IMG/VR virus record: IMGVR_UViG_3300030099_004448
Span: 62,001 to 126,000 of that record
Reading direction: 5' to 3' (one strand)
DNA length: 64,000 bases
This document shows, piece after piece, positions 27,816-37,337 of this stretch (position 1 is the stretch's first letter; each line of letters starts with the position of its first letter). The notes under the pieces are model-generated. The model searched no databases and was not told where the DNA came from. It worked only from the letters and a program-made list of their open reading frames with translations. A program made the translations under genes and the position numbers.

Positions 27816-30310
27816 AGTTCTACACGAGCGTTGTTCTCCTTGGTAATGATATCCTTGTCCGTGGATATGAAAACGGCAAACACTTCACGAAACGCGAACC
27901 CTTCCAACCCAGGTTCTTTGTTCCGTCAAAACGAGAGAGTAAATATAAAACCCTTGATGGTCAAGATGTAGAACCCATTCGCCCTGGTACTATCCGAGAG
28001 TGTCGTGAATTCTTGGACAAGTATAATGATGTGAATGGATTTAAGGTCTATGGGAATGACCGATTTGTGTATCAATACATTGCTCAGAATTATCCTGAGG
28101 AAGAAATCAAATTTGATATCTCAAAGATCAAAGTTATTACAATCGATATTGAGGTTGCAGCGGAGAGTGGATTCCCCGATGTATTCAATTGCGCTGAAGA
28201 ACTTCTACTGATTACAGTTCAAGATTATAATACCAAACAGATTACTACCTTTGGATCTCGTCCTGCAAAGGTTGATCAGAAGAATGTCAGATTTGTGTAC
28301 TGTGATGGTGAGTATGAACTCATTACCAAGTTCATGGACTGGTGGCAGAATAACACGCCAGAGGTCGTTACAGGGTGGAATAACGAACTGTATGACATGC
28401 CTTACCTGGTTGGTAGGATCACCCGTCTGATGGGAGAGAAGTACGCCAAACGTCTCTCTCCGTGGAATGTGGTGCGTGTCAAAGAGGTCACGATCATGGG
28501 TCGGAAACAACTCAGCACAGAGATCGCGGGTGTGTCTATTCTGGATTACCTAGACCTCTATAAGAAGTCTCCTGCAACTCCAAACCAAGAGAGTTATCGA
28601 TTGGATCATATCGCCTTCATGGAGTTGGGTCAGAATAAACTGGATCACTCCGAATATGATACCTTCCGAGAGTTCTACACAAATGATTGGCAGAAGTTCG
28701 TTGAATACAACATCGTTGACGTGGAACTGGTTGACCGTCTTGAGGACAAACTGCGTCTGATTGACTTGTGTTTCACCCGTGCGTTTGACGCTAAGGTGAA
28801 CTTCAATGACATTGCATACCAGGTACGAACCTGGGACGCTATCATCTACAACTATCTTCTTAAGAAGAATATTGTGATTCCTCAGAAGGAACGCAATAGT
28901 AAGAGTGAAAAGTATGCGGGTGCGTTCGTAAAAGAACCCATCCCAGGTGCATACGAGTGGGTAGTCAACTTTGACCTTAACTCACTGTACCCTCACCTGA
29001 TTATGCAGTACAATATCTCACCAGAGACTTTGATTGAACAACGTCACCCCAGTGTGACTGTCGATAAAGTTCTGAAGAAAGAACTTACCTTTGAGATGTA
29101 TAAAGACAGTGCGGTTTGTGCTAATGGTGCAATGTATCGCAAGGATGTCCGTGGGTTCCTACCAGAACTTATGGAGAAGATGTATAGTGAACGTGTTATC
29201 TTCAAGAAGAAGATGATCGAGGCGAAGAAAGCCTATGAGAAGACTCCTACCAAAGCATTGGAGAAAGAGATTTCACGTTGTGACAATATTCAGATGGCTA
29301 AAAAGATTGCACTGAACTCTGCTTATGGTGCGATTGGTAATGAGTATTTCCGATACTACAAACTTGCAAATGCAGAGGCGATCACTTTATCGGGACAGGT
29401 ATCGATTCAGTGGATCGAAGAGAAGATGAATAGTTACCTGAACAAAGTTTTGAAATCTGATGGAGTAGATTATGTCATTGCTATTGATACCGATTCCATT
29501 TATCTTAATATGGGTCCTTTTGTTGACGCTGTATTCAAGGGTAGAGAGGCTTCTACTGAAGAGATTGTTAATTTCCTTGATAAGGTCAGTCACATGGAAC
29601 TTGAAAAGTATATTGAGAGTTCTTACGAAGAATTGGCCAACTACCTCAACGCCTACGAAAACAAAATGGTGATGAAACGCGAGAACATCGCGGAACGTGG
29701 TATTTGGACTGGTAAGAAACGTTATATCCTTCGTGTGTGGGACAGTGAAGGTGTTCGTTATGAGAAACCCAAACTGAAGATGATGGGTATTGAGGCAATC
29801 AAAACCTCAACCCCTGCACCTTGTCGTCAATACATTAAAGATGCACTTGAGATCATCATGACAAAAGAAGAGGATGATGTCATTGACTTCATCGAGAGTG
29901 CTCGCAAAGAGTTCAGGAATCTTCGTCCTGATGAAATCGCATTTCCCCGTAGTGTATCTGAAATTAAGAAATGGGAATCTCGCACTGACATGTATAATAA
30001 AGGTTGTCCTATTCATGTTCGTGGTGCAATCCTCTACAATCACTATACTAAGAAAGCTGGACTTGATAAGAAGTATGCAGCAATTCAGAGTGGTGAAAAG
30101 ATCAAGTTCTGTTATTTGAAAACACCTAATACTATTCAAGAGAATGTTTTCTCCTTCATTCAAGAGTTTCCGAAAGAACTAGATCTTGAAAAGTATATTG
30201 ATTACGATGCACAGTTCAACAAATCTTTTGTAGAACCGATGAAGATTATTCTCAATGCGATTGGTTGGTCTGTAGAAAAGAAAGTAAGTTTGGAATCATT
30301 CTTCGCATGA
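27812..30310 (+). CDS. gp43: Family B DNA polymerase
   Basis: DIEV, GWN..YD, YNIVD, DLNSLYPH, KIALNSAYG, DTDS, KKRY. Confidence 0.99.
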   Translation: MKFYTSVVLLGNDILVRGYENGKHFTKREPFQPRFFVPSKRESKYKTLDGQDVEPIRPGTIRECREFLDKYNDVNGFKVYGNDRFVYQYIAQNYPEEEIKFDISKIKVITIDIEVAAESGFPDVFNCAEELLLITVQDYNTKQITTFGSRPAKVDQKNVRFVYCDGEYELITKFMDWWQNNTPEVVTGWNNELYDMPYLVGRITRLMGEKYAKRLSPWNVVRVKEVTIMGRKQLSTEIAGVSILDYLDLYKKSPATPNQESYRLDHIAFMELGQNKLDHSEYDTFREFYTNDWQKFVEYNIVDVELVDRLEDKLRLIDLCFTRAFDAKVNFNDIAYQVRTWDAIIYNYLLKKNIVIPQKERNSKSEKYAGAFVKEPIPGAYEWVVNFDLNSLYPHLIMQYNISPETLIEQRHPSVTVDKVLKKELTFEMYKDSAVCANGAMYRKDVRGFLPELMEKMYSERVIFKKKMIEAKKAYEKTPTKALEKEISRCDNIQMAKKIALNSAYGAIGNEYFRYYKLANAEAITLSGQVSIQWIEEKMNSYLNKVLKSDGVDYVIAIDTDSIYLNMGPFVDAVFKGREASTEEIVNFLDKVSHMELEKYIESSYEELANYLNAYENKMVMKRENIAERGIWTGKKRYILRVWDSEGVRYEKPKLKMMGIEAIKTSTPAPCRQYIKDALEIIMTKEEDDVIDFIESARKEFRNLRPDEIAFPRSVSEIKKWESRTDMYNKGCPIHVRGAILYNHYTKKAGLDKKYAAIQSGEKIKFCYLKTPNTIQENVFSFIQEFPKELDLEKYIDYDAQFNKSFVEPMKIILNAIGWSVEKKVSLESFFA

Positions 30311-30918
30311 ATTTTTTATTCCCAACTCCATTTTTTGGTTTAGACAATTTTTTGTCTGAAGATGTAACTAAAAATCTCTATGATCAAATACTGGAAGATA
30401 TTTCAAAAAATATAGGATATGTAAATCCAAATTGGGATTGTTTAGTAAACACTTCTGCTCAAAGAGATGATGCGGTAGTTTATCCAATGGATTCTTTCAA
30501 ACAAGCATATGAAGAATTTTCTTCGCAACTACATCTATCTGAACACCTCTATGAGTTGATAAATCCTTGGTATAATTTTTACACTAAAGGTCAAAATCAA
30601 GAACCACATACACACCTGTATGCGCCAAATGCTATGTTTAGTGCAGTGTATTTTCTGAAAGGAACCGATAATACAAAAATAGTTTTTTCCAATCCATCTC
30701 AAAATTGGTTAAACTATCATAGTTATGATGCACATCATCCTGTCGCTAAAATTCATAAAAATATTCCAGAACATTCTTACGTCATGAATAAGTATGTTCA
30801 TGAACCAAGAGATAATCAAATCATATTTTTTCCAGCATATCTGTCACACTATGTTCCAGCACATAGATTTGATACACCTAGAATCACTGTTAGTTTCAAC
30901 ATCGAACTTGGAGAATGA
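30307..30918 (+). CDS. 2OG-Fe(II) oxygenase (TIGR02466-like)
   Basis: LFPTP, WYNFY, QEPHTH, SAVYFL, FPAYLSHYV, RITVSFN. Confidence 0.88.
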   Translation: MNFLFPTPFFGLDNFLSEDVTKNLYDQILEDISKNIGYVNPNWDCLVNTSAQRDDAVVYPMDSFKQAYEEFSSQLHLSEHLYELINPWYNFYTKGQNQEPHTHLYAPNAMFSAVYFLKGTDNTKIVFSNPSQNWLNYHSYDAHHPVAKIHKNIPEHSYVMNKYVHEPRDNQIIFFPAYLSHYVPAHRFDTPRITVSFNIELGE

Positions 30919-31508
30919 AAAATTTATTTGGAGTTCCTTTCTGGGTATGTGATAATTTTCTATCAGATAGAACTTACCAAAAATTAGTTGGGGACATACA
31001 TTTAGATGTTCTAAATGATTATCAAAATCCTGGGGTTAATTGTTCTTGTAAGACTTCCATTCATCAAAAAAATAATGTTAATTACCCACTTGATGAAATT
31101 GGAGAAGAGTATAAAAAATTTACCATAGAACTGGGATTAACAGAACATTCATATGAAATTCATGCCTTTTGGTGGAATTTTTATGAACAAAATACTAGTC
31201 AAGAACTACATACACACTTAGGTTCTACCGAAAAAAGAAATGAATTTGCTGGTGTCATTTTCTTGGATGGATGCGAAGAAACGGATTTGATTTTTATGAA
31301 TCCATCCAGTCACAATCTTTACTTCATAGATAAACAACTTTATAGAAGAACTGAAGAACAATCTTTTTACTATGAACAGTGGGTTTATCAACCTAAGAAC
31401 AATCAATTGATAATCTTTCCTTGTACTCTACAACATTATGTGTCTACTCATAAATGTCTTGAACCCAGAATGACAATCTCATTCAATATTCGTATCGAGA
31501 CTAAATAA
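30915..31508 (+). CDS. 2OG-Fe(II) oxygenase (TIGR02466-like), tandem paralog
   Basis: LFGVP, WWNFY, QELHTH, FPCTLQHYV, RMTISFN. Confidence 0.88.
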   Translation: MKNLFGVPFWVCDNFLSDRTYQKLVGDIHLDVLNDYQNPGVNCSCKTSIHQKNNVNYPLDEIGEEYKKFTIELGLTEHSYEIHAFWWNFYEQNTSQELHTHLGSTEKRNEFAGVIFLDGCEETDLIFMNPSSHNLYFIDKQLYRRTEEQSFYYEQWVYQPKNNQLIIFPCTLQHYVSTHKCLEPRMTISFNIRIETK

Positions 31509-31513
31509 TCTGT

Positions 31514-31542
31514 TTGCAAAAGCGAACGAACTCCTGTATAAT
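31514..31542 (+). promoter_or_regulatory. Sigma70-type promoter
   Basis: TTGCAA-N17-TATAAT. Confidence 0.7.
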
Positions 31543-31563
31543 TACCCCATTAACATAAAAAAT

Positions 31564-31734
31564 ATGGATCTTCCCATCAACGATAAAGAATTGAATACTA
31601 TTGTTAGTGCCCTGCGTCTGGGTGGAGATGCAGCTCTTTATCAAAAACTAAATACTATCAAGCAAATCCGCGAGGAGAATCCTGGCGGTCCATATAAAAA
31701 AATTGCTAGAGAGAAGTTTGGTTTTGTTATCTAA
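31564..31734 (+). CDS. Small hypothetical protein (56 aa)
   Basis: Not in ORF track; MDLPINDKELNTIVSALRLGGDAALYQKL; TAATG-coupled. Confidence 0.7.
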   Translation: MDLPINDKELNTIVSALRLGGDAALYQKLNTIKQIREENPGGPYKKIAREKFGFVI

Positions 31735-32195
31735 TGTTTTTTGAAAAAGTGAGCCTGGTTACAGGAGGGTTTGACCCTATTCATAGTGGACATATATCTT
31801 ATTTTAAGAGAGCAAAAGATTTTTCTGACTACCTTGTAGTAGGATTGAATACTAATGAATGGTTAACTGCTAAAAAAGGTCAATACTTTTTATCTTGGGT
31901 TGAACGTGCGGAGATTGTACGTCATCTCAATATGGTCGATGCAGTGGTTACTGTTCCAGACGATGAGGTTGGATCTGCATGTGGCGCAATTGCTAAGTGT
32001 CTAGAGATTGCAGAGACTGTTGTATTTTGCAACGGTGGTGATCGTGGATCTGGAAATACACCAGAACTAGATATGTATGGAGACAATCCCCGAGTCCAGT
32101 TTGAATTTGGAGTCGGTGGAGATGATAAAATGAATAGTAGTTCTTGGATTCTCCGAGGATATTTTGAACGCCAACGTAAATTATTGGGCATCTGA
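31734..32195 (+). CDS. Cytidylyltransferase-family nucleotidyltransferase (TagD/RfaE-like)
   Basis: TGGFDPIHSGH, VVGLN, ER, NGGDR, SSSWI. Confidence 0.9.
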   Translation: MFFEKVSLVTGGFDPIHSGHISYFKRAKDFSDYLVVGLNTNEWLTAKKGQYFLSWVERAEIVRHLNMVDAVVTVPDDEVGSACGAIAKCLEIAETVVFCNGGDRGSGNTPELDMYGDNPRVQFEFGVGGDDKMNSSSWILRGYFERQRKLLGI

Positions 32196-32710
32196 TGAAT
32201 TTAAAAGTTTATGATGATGCAGTCACTCGTCATGAGAGAGGTGAAATTTTACATCGTGCTTTGCAATCACAACTAAGATTGGGTTGGAGAGATCAACACG
32301 TTAATGAACTTAATTATCAGAATCTTTATAGTGATTGGACTTTAGATGATTTAGAATCTTGTGGATTATGGAAATACTTTCAAGCTGTTATTGATGATAC
32401 CCCATGGTTCACTAAGTCTCAATTTTCTAGGTCAGTACTAAACGTAGTTCGACCAACTGATGTTCACTTGATTCATACACATTCGTCGCAAGCGGATAAA
32501 GTTATTTTGTACTATGTAAATCTTGAGTGGAAAGACGGATGGTATGGTGAAACTTTATTCTACAGTGATGATATTAAAGATGTAGCATTTACATCACCGT
32601 TTGTTCCTGGTAGAATAATTCTATTCGATGGACAAATTCCACATGCAATCCGACCGCAGTCAGTCGCAGGTCCAAAATATAGACTGAGTATTTCTACATT
32701 TTTTTCTTAA
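32195..32710 (+). CDS. 2OG-Fe(II) oxygenase
   Basis: HTH, LYYVNLEW..GWYGETLF, FDGQIPHA, R. Confidence 0.85.
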   Translation: MNLKVYDDAVTRHERGEILHRALQSQLRLGWRDQHVNELNYQNLYSDWTLDDLESCGLWKYFQAVIDDTPWFTKSQFSRSVLNVVRPTDVHLIHTHSSQADKVILYYVNLEWKDGWYGETLFYSDDIKDVAFTSPFVPGRIILFDGQIPHAIRPQSVAGPKYRLSISTFFS

Positions 32711-32713
32711 ACT

Positions 32714-33715
32714 ATGGACTTTCTAAAAGATATTGTAAAGGAGATTGGCGGTGAATACACACAACTCGCCTCAGACATTGACGACCATGAAACTTATGTG
32801 GACACGGGTTCGTACATTTTTAACGGACTTGTTTCAGGGTCTATATTTGGTGGTGTATCTGGGAATAAGATTACTGCCATTGCTGGCGAGTCTAGTACTG
32901 GAAAAACTTTTTTCAGTCTCGCCGTTGTCAAGAACTTCTTGGATTCTAATCCTGACGGGTATTGCCTATATTTTGACACTGAAGCCGCTGTTAACAAGTC
33001 TCTTCTCGCAGATCGCGGTATTGACCTGAATCGACTTGTGGTTGTCAACGTTGTGACCATTGAAGACTTCCGTGGCAAAGCCCTGAAAGCGGTGGATCTA
33101 TACTTAAAAAAACCTGAAGAAGAGCGTGCCCCTTGCATGTTTGTGTTAGACTCTCTAGGTATGCTTTCCACGGAGAAGGAGATCACTGACGCCCTCAACG
33201 ACAAACAAGTCCGCGACATGACCAAATCACAACTGGTCAAAGGTGCATTTCGCATGATCACCCTCAAACTGGGTCAAGCCAACATTCCTATGATCGTTAC
33301 CAACCACACTTATGATGTCATCGGCGCTTATGTCCCTACAAAGGAAATGGGAGGAGGCAGCGGACTCAAGTATGCTGCTTCTACAATCATCCATCTCAGC
33401 AAAAAGAAAGAAAAGGATGGAACGGAAATCGTCGGAAACCTTATCAAAGCTAAGACTGCTAAGTCTCGTCTGAGTAAGGAGAACAAAGATGTTACGGTGC
33501 GCCTGTATTACGATGAGCGTGGTCTTGATCGATATTATGGTCTTCTTGAGTTGGGAGAACTCGGTGGTCTCTGGAAAAATGTGGCAGGTCGTTATGAAAT
33601 AGGCGGCAAAAAAGTTTATGCAAAGGCGATCCTCAAGGATCCTGAACAATACTTTACTCCCGAAGTCATGGAGAAACTTGATGAAATTGCAAAACAAGAG
33701 TTTCGTTACGGGTGA
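32714..33715 (+). CDS. uvsX: RecA-like recombinase UvsX
   Basis: DTGS, AGESSTGKT, FDTE, LDSLG, NHTY, MGGGSGLKY. Confidence 0.97.
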   Translation: MDFLKDIVKEIGGEYTQLASDIDDHETYVDTGSYIFNGLVSGSIFGGVSGNKITAIAGESSTGKTFFSLAVVKNFLDSNPDGYCLYFDTEAAVNKSLLADRGIDLNRLVVVNVVTIEDFRGKALKAVDLYLKKPEEERAPCMFVLDSLGMLSTEKEITDALNDKQVRDMTKSQLVKGAFRMITLKLGQANIPMIVTNHTYDVIGAYVPTKEMGGGSGLKYAASTIIHLSKKKEKDGTEIVGNLIKAKTAKSRLSKENKDVTVRLYYDERGLDRYYGLLELGELGGLWKNVAGRYEIGGKKVYAKAILKDPEQYFTPEVMEKLDEIAKQEFRYG

Positions 33716-34247
33716 TTTTATCAAACTGTATGAAGACGCCTTGGGTGAAAAAGAGTGTGACATTCTGATTCAGTTTTTTGAACAGAGTCATGCGAAAGAA
33801 ATAGTAAAGAATGGAGGAACTCCAAACTTTACTCAACTGAATATCAACAAGAGTAATCCACAACTAATTGCACAGTTGTCACGGGTTACTCAAACCATCT
33901 TGTCTCTTTACAAGAGAGAACTATCAGAGTACACTAGATGGTATCCTCCGAGGCTTTTCTTGGAGGAGTTTCGCGTAAAGAAATATCATTCCAGAACTAA
34001 AGACAGGTTCGATCCACACGTCGATGTGCAGGACCATGCTTCTGCAAGAAGATATCTTGCATTTCTCTTCTATTTAAATGAAGATTTTAGTGGTGGGGAA
34101 ACTGAGTTCCCGCATCACAGTAGAAAAATTATACCGAAAACTGGCTCGGTGATTGTCTTTCCCCCAACTTGGCAATATCCCCATGCAGGATTGAAAGTCA
34201 AGAAAGGAGTTAAGTATATTATGTCAACCTATTGTCACTACTATTGA
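33681..34247 (+). CDS. 2OG-Fe(II) oxygenase (prolyl-4-hydroxylase-like)
   Basis: FDPHVD, RYLAFLFYLN, GGETEF, FPPTWQYPHAG, KYIMSTY. Confidence 0.9.
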   Translation: MKLQNKSFVTGDFIKLYEDALGEKECDILIQFFEQSHAKEIVKNGGTPNFTQLNINKSNPQLIAQLSRVTQTILSLYKRELSEYTRWYPPRLFLEEFRVKKYHSRTKDRFDPHVDVQDHASARRYLAFLFYLNEDFSGGETEFPHHSRKIIPKTGSVIVFPPTWQYPHAGLKVKKGVKYIMSTYCHYY

Positions 34248-35632
34248 TGGACGAACGTATCGAAACTACAATCCTGAGGAGTCTCGCTCATAATGAGGAG
34301 TACTCTAGAAAGGTATTACCTTTTATCAGGTCTGAATATTTTACAGATTATACTGAAAAAGTAGTATTTGAGGAGATCTGTAAATTTATCTTTAAGTACA
34401 ATAAACTTCCCACGCAAGAAGTACTCCGTGTTGAAGTTGATGGTCGTTCGGATCTCAATGAAAACTCCTACAAAGATGTCACTAACTATGTGAATAATCT
34501 GGAGAAGACTGTTCTGGACTTCACTTGGTTGAGTGATATTACTGAAAAGTGGTGTAGGGATAAAGCAATCTATCTTGCTCTGATGGAGTCTATCTCCATC
34601 GTTGATGGTAATGACGAAAAGAAAACTAAGGATGCAATTCCTTCAATTCTATCGGATGCACTTGCAGTTAGTTTTGATACTAACGTAGGTCATGATTATC
34701 TTCAGGATTATCAAGAACGATATGATTTCTATCATCAGACTGAAGAGAAGATTCCTTTCGATCTGGAGTTCTTTAATAAGATTACGAAAGGTGGTCTTCC
34801 TAACAAGACATTGAACATTGCACTTGCTGGCACTGGTGTTGGTAAGTCTTTGTTCATGTGTCACATGGCTGCATCTTGTCTCTTACAAGGTAAGAATGTT
34901 CTCTACATTACTTGTGAGATGGCAGAAGAAAAGATCGCAGAACGCATTGACGCTAATCTTTTGAATGTCAATATCCAAGAGATTCAAAACATGCCTAAGT
35001 CAATGTTTGAAAACAAAGTAACCAACTTGAGTAAAAAAACTCAAGGTACTCTTATAATTAAAGAGTACCCCACAGCTACTGCACATAGTGGACACTTTAA
35101 GTCACTTCTTAACGAGCTTGCACTTAAGAAGTCATTTAGACCTGATATTATTTTCATTGATTACCTTAATATATGTGCTTCCTCACGATATCGCGGTAAT
35201 CTTTCTGTCAATTCATATTCGTATATTAAGGCTATTGCAGAAGAGCTTCGAGGGTTGGCTGTTGAAACAAACGTCCCTATCGTATCTGCCACGCAGACCA
35301 CTCGCTCTGGTTATGGCAGCTCTGATGTTGAGCTTACTGATACTAGTGAATCCTTTGGTCTCCCTGCTACTGCTGATCTTATGTTTGCCCTTATTAGCAC
35401 TGAGGAACTTGAATCACTTGGGCAGATAATGGTTAAACAGTTGAAGAATCGATACAATGATCCTACGATGAATAAACGATTCGTAGTTGGTATTGATCGT
35501 GCTAAGATGCGTCTGTATGATTGTGAGCAATCTGCACAGGCTGATATTCTGGACAGTGGTCAGGATGAAGAGTACACTCCTCAAGAAAAGAGTTCTGGTC
35601 CTAGGAAATCATTTGAAGGATTCAAATTCTGA
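34247..35632 (+). CDS. gp41: Replicative DnaB-like helicase
   Basis: LAGTGVGKS, EMAEE, KEYPT, DYLNI, AEELRGLA, ATQTTR, SESFGLP, QLKNRY. Confidence 0.98.
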   Translation: MDERIETTILRSLAHNEEYSRKVLPFIRSEYFTDYTEKVVFEEICKFIFKYNKLPTQEVLRVEVDGRSDLNENSYKDVTNYVNNLEKTVLDFTWLSDITEKWCRDKAIYLALMESISIVDGNDEKKTKDAIPSILSDALAVSFDTNVGHDYLQDYQERYDFYHQTEEKIPFDLEFFNKITKGGLPNKTLNIALAGTGVGKSLFMCHMAASCLLQGKNVLYITCEMAEEKIAERIDANLLNVNIQEIQNMPKSMFENKVTNLSKKTQGTLIIKEYPTATAHSGHFKSLLNELALKKSFRPDIIFIDYLNICASSRYRGNLSVNSYSYIKAIAEELRGLAVETNVPIVSATQTTRSGYGSSDVELTDTSESFGLPATADLMFALISTEELESLGQIMVKQLKNRYNDPTMNKRFVVGIDRAKMRLYDCEQSAQADILDSGQDEEYTPQEKSSGPRKSFEGFKF

Positions 35633-36273
35633 TGAAATTAAAAAAGGATGTCATCATTAATGATGAACGTCAATCTATTGATTGGCATAAAACCTTTTTC
35701 TTAGAAAGATATCTTGAAAAAGTAAATCCTCTTGACTTTAAAAACATTATTGAACTTGGTGCATATGATTGCAAAGAGTCTTTAACTTTTACAAGACTTT
35801 TTCCGAATGCACATATTACATCATTTGAGTGTAATCCAAATACTCTACCGATTTGTAGAGAGAATAGTGCGAAGTCAGATCGCATTACACTGGTGGAAAA
35901 AATGGTTACCGACAACCCAGGAGATAATAGATTTTATATTTGTGAACAGGGACAATCTTCAATGCTTATCCCATATCAAGAACATAAAATAACTTGGGTT
36001 CCTTCCATATCAATGAATGAATATTTGAATGACGATCCTATTGATCTAGTTTGGATAGATGTTCAAGGAGCAGAGACAAATGTTCTCCGTAGTTTTGGTA
36101 ACAAAATTAATAACGTTGGATTAATCTATTGTGAAGTGAACATCAGATCAAATAGATATGCTGGCAACTCCACACTAAAAACAGTAACAGAACTACTTTC
36201 TAATTTCACTGTCTCAGATTATATGCATCTTAACGAAAATGAAGTGCATGTGATCTTTGAATCAAAAACTTGA
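35632..36273 (+). CDS. FkbM-family SAM-dependent methyltransferase
   Basis: IELGA, SFECNP, IDLVWIDVQGAE, IYCEV. Confidence 0.85.
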   Translation: MKLKKDVIINDERQSIDWHKTFFLERYLEKVNPLDFKNIIELGAYDCKESLTFTRLFPNAHITSFECNPNTLPICRENSAKSDRITLVEKMVTDNPGDNRFYICEQGQSSMLIPYQEHKITWVPSISMNEYLNDDPIDLVWIDVQGAETNVLRSFGNKINNVGLIYCEVNIRSNRYAGNSTLKTVTELLSNFTVSDYMHLNENEVHVIFESKT

Positions 36274-36298
36274 CTATTTGACCAATCACGACTATACT
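36270..36298 (+). promoter_or_regulatory. Sigma70-type promoter for mazG
   Basis: TTGACT-N17-TATACT. Confidence 0.7.
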
Positions 36299-36306
36299 AA
36301 ACAAAA

Positions 36307-36729
36307 ATGAATCAAACTATGACCAAATCTGTTGATTTTCAAAAGTACTCCGAATTTGTAAACGCAGTTACTTCTGATGCTTCTACTGATTTTCTTGCTC
36401 TATCCGATCGTCTAGTTGAACTGGATGAGAAGGGTGCAAACATTGAACGTCTCCTTACTGCTGGTGTTGGTATCAATGCTGAGGGTGGAGAGTTCCTTGA
36501 GATTGTCAAGAAGATGATTTTTCAGGGCAAACCTTTCAATGCAGACAACAAAGAACACATGATCATTGAACTTGGTGATCTGATGTGGTATGTTACTCAG
36601 GCGTGTATGGCACTTGAAGTGTCTCTCGATGAAGTAGTTGCACGTAATGTAACCAAACTTGAGAAACGTTATCCTGGTGGTTCCTTTGATGTTTACTATT
36701 CCGAAAATCGCGCTGAGGGTGACCTGTGA
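36307..36729 (+). CDS. mazG: MazG-like NTP pyrophosphohydrolase
   Basis: AEGGEFLEIVKK..FQGK, ELGDLMWY, NVTKLEKRYP. Confidence 0.93.
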   Translation: MNQTMTKSVDFQKYSEFVNAVTSDASTDFLALSDRLVELDEKGANIERLLTAGVGINAEGGEFLEIVKKMIFQGKPFNADNKEHMIIELGDLMWYVTQACMALEVSLDEVVARNVTKLEKRYPGGSFDVYYSENRAEGDL

Positions 36730-36899
36730 TAAATCTTGAGATGAGTATGCATGATGCAGTTGTTTTACGACATGCTCTTTTCATGTATACAAAAAATCAT
36801 CCAGGTTTCTTCTCCGATGAACATATTCTGAAAATTAGAGAATTATCCCAACAGTTAGATAAAGAAATTGGAAGAGAATTTGAAGAGGTAAACTCATGA
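36726..36899 (+). CDS. Small hypothetical protein (57 aa, GTG start)
   Basis: Not in ORF track; overlaps both neighbours by 4 nt; INLEMSMHDAVVLRHALF resembles 37132. Confidence 0.6.
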   Translation: MINLEMSMHDAVVLRHALFMYTKNHPGFFSDEHILKIRELSQQLDKEIGREFEEVNS

Positions 36900-37135
36900 A
36901 AGACTTTAAAGTTCCGTTTGCTATCGTATCATTTTTATTAGTTCAGGGAGCGGGTGCAGTATGGTGGGCATCTCAAGTTGACGGAAGAGTCAGAACTCTT
37001 GAATCGCAAAGTTTGAATATCGCCAGAGAAAATCGTAGGTACATTGAACAAGTAATTCAACCATCCTACGGAATCAGTAAAAACTGGAAAAATCAATACC
37101 ATGATGAGTGGGTACTAAAAGGAGGATGGAAATGA
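36896..37135 (+). CDS. Small membrane-anchored protein
   Basis: N-terminal TM followed by a short coiled coil. Confidence 0.7.
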   Translation: MKDFKVPFAIVSFLLVQGAGAVWWASQVDGRVRTLESQSLNIARENRRYIEQVIQPSYGISKNWKNQYHDEWVLKGGWK

Positions 37136-37308
37136 TTACTATTAATATGGATCTAAGAAGTGCTGCCGTAGTCAGGCAAGCATTGTTTGATGAACAGAAG
37201 CGGTATACTTACGATCCCAAATGTGTTCCAGCACGAATCGTGGAAATCCGTAATGTAATCAATGACCTTGATGAACAGATTGAAAGTGAATTAGAAACAG
37301 AAGAATAA
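37132..37308 (+). CDS. Small hypothetical protein
   Basis: MITINMDLRSAAVVRQALF; GGAGG SD upstream. Confidence 0.7.
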   Translation: MITINMDLRSAAVVRQALFDEQKRYTYDPKCVPARIVEIRNVINDLDEQIESELETEE

Positions 37309-37336
37309 AATAAATAGAGGCATTTGCCTCTTTTTT
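37309..37336 (+). terminator. Late-promoter-like site followed by a short terminator hairpin
   Basis: AATAAATA, then AGAGGC-ATTT-GCCTCT plus T-run. Confidence 0.55.
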
Positions 37337-37337
37337 A

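Noticed and set aside
28555-28600. YKKSPATPNQESY segment in gp43 as a sign of an altered-base polymerase
   Set aside because: A short local variation with all catalytic motifs canonical; no modified-nucleotide synthesis genes were recognised in the window
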